Positions 51,851-52,399 of a DNA stretch of 52,399 nt are shown piece after piece. The notes beneath the pieces were generated by a model, which saw nothing but the letters and a program-made list of their open reading frames with translations, had not been told where the DNA came from and did no database searches. Source of the DNA: Candidatus Saccharimonadia bacterium (GTDB lineage: Bacteria; Patescibacteriota; Saccharimonadia; UBA4664); contig DATDME010000098.1 in NCBI GenBank assembly GCA_036518915.1, positions 1-52,399 on the forward strand. The letters run 5' to 3'. Within the stretch, counting starts at the first letter, position 1. Every line of letters starts with the position of its first letter. Both the position numbers and the translations under genes were made by a program.

Positions 51851-52303
51851 TTAGGGGCGGCGGTATTTTTTGAGGGCGCGGTCGAGCTCGGCGGGGGATT
51901 GAGGGTTGGTTTGGTAGGCCAGGAAGCGCATGAAGGCGGCCATGTTAAAGTGTTGTAAGGTTGACATCACAATGGCGGCAATTTCTTCCGTGGAAAGTTC
52001 GCGTTTACGCAAATCGAGCAGCTTGGCCTCGATGGTGTCGGTGACGGCGTCGACGGTGGTTTCTTTGCGGGGAATCGAGAGGAAGGCACCGTAGATGCCG
52101 GAATAGAGTTTGGCCCGCGAGTAGCGCTCCTTGCGGCCGGATTTTTTGATGACTTTCAGGAAGCCGAGGTCGGCGGCCTCGTAGGTAGTAAATGACTCAT
52201 GGCAATTCAGGCAGCGCCGGCGCCGCCAAATCTGGGTAGCAAACTTGGTAGTGCGCGAATTATAGACTTCGGTGGTGTCGGCGCGACAGTATGGGCATTT
52301 CAT
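51851..52303 (-). CDS. nrdR: Transcriptional repressor NrdR
   Basis: 150 aa. Zinc ribbon MKCPYC..CLNC followed by an ATP-cone. Confidence 0.95.
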   Translation of the reverse strand: MKCPYCRADTTEVYNSRTTKFATQIWRRRRCLNCHESFTTYEAADLGFLKVIKKSGRKERYSRAKLYSGIYGAFLSIPRKETTVDAVTDTIEAKLLDLRKRELSTEEIAAIVMSTLQHFNMAAFMRFLAYQTNPQSPAELDRALKKYRRP

Positions 52304-52319
52304 GACAACATCTTGTCAT
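52302..52319. promoter_or_regulatory. Palindrome ATGACAA-catc-TTGTCAT overlapping the nrdR start codon (possible NrdR-box-like operator)
   Basis: 7-bp perfect inverted arms. The inner acaacatcttgt loosely resembles the A/T-centred NrdR-box palindrome. Confidence 0.25.
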
Positions 52320-52399
52320 GTAACTATCATTTCCGCCAGTGGATAACCTGGGGATAAAGCGTAGTGAGCGTGGCGAGCTAGCAAGATATGGCGCTATTA

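Overview
This 52.4-kb window is a compact, G+C-rich bacterial chromosome segment with many 1-14 nt gene overlaps. No rRNA genes, CRISPR arrays or transposases are visible.

Backbone genes:
- RNA and DNA housekeeping: pnp, a family-4 uracil-DNA glycosylase, RNase J, ftsK, a rodZ-like gene, yajQ, recA-recX, rpsF-ssb-rpsR, efp, tlyA and ychF.
- Pilus and recombination: a complete secretin-less type IV pilus locus (about 21.1-35.7 kb), followed by a XerC/D-type recombinase.
- Envelope genes: an O-antigen-ligase-like protein, uppP, dedA, a GT2 synthase and a WecA/MraY-family transferase.
- Other: an M16 peptidase, a long-form ndk, a parvulin PPIase, an FMN reductase, rplY(ctc), nrdR and four tRNAs (Arg-CCT, Asp-GTC, Thr-CGT, Gly-CCC).

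The content suggests a monoderm, reduced-genome organism, possibly Patescibacteria/Saccharibacteria-like. That lineage call is inference only.

Main non-routine signals:
1. An accessory patch lies between rnj and ftsK (about 6.2-10.8 kb). It holds a visibly lower-GC mini-cassette bracketed by 166-bp direct repeats. The cassette carries a convergent pair: a 35-aa membrane peptide and a signal-peptide-bearing 4-Cys protein whose frame is broken at a homopolymer. The patch also contains an MFS transporter and a compositionally atypical 401-aa phosphoribosyltransferase-domain protein.
2. Two related families of palindromic intergenic elements occur at gene ends, inside the rpsF-ssb-rpsR operon and in a tRNA spacer.
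3. A pilin-like gene continues in the +1 frame at ATT-TAA-A.
4. RNase J carries a roughly 235-aa Pro/Gln/Ala-rich N-terminal extension.
5. Several 21-bp tandem repeats and a recurrent TGATATA-type extended -10 box are present.

Three frame breaks fall at short homopolymers, so sequencing error must be excluded before any biological reading. All family calls rest on motifs I recognised by eye. No searches or folding programs were run.
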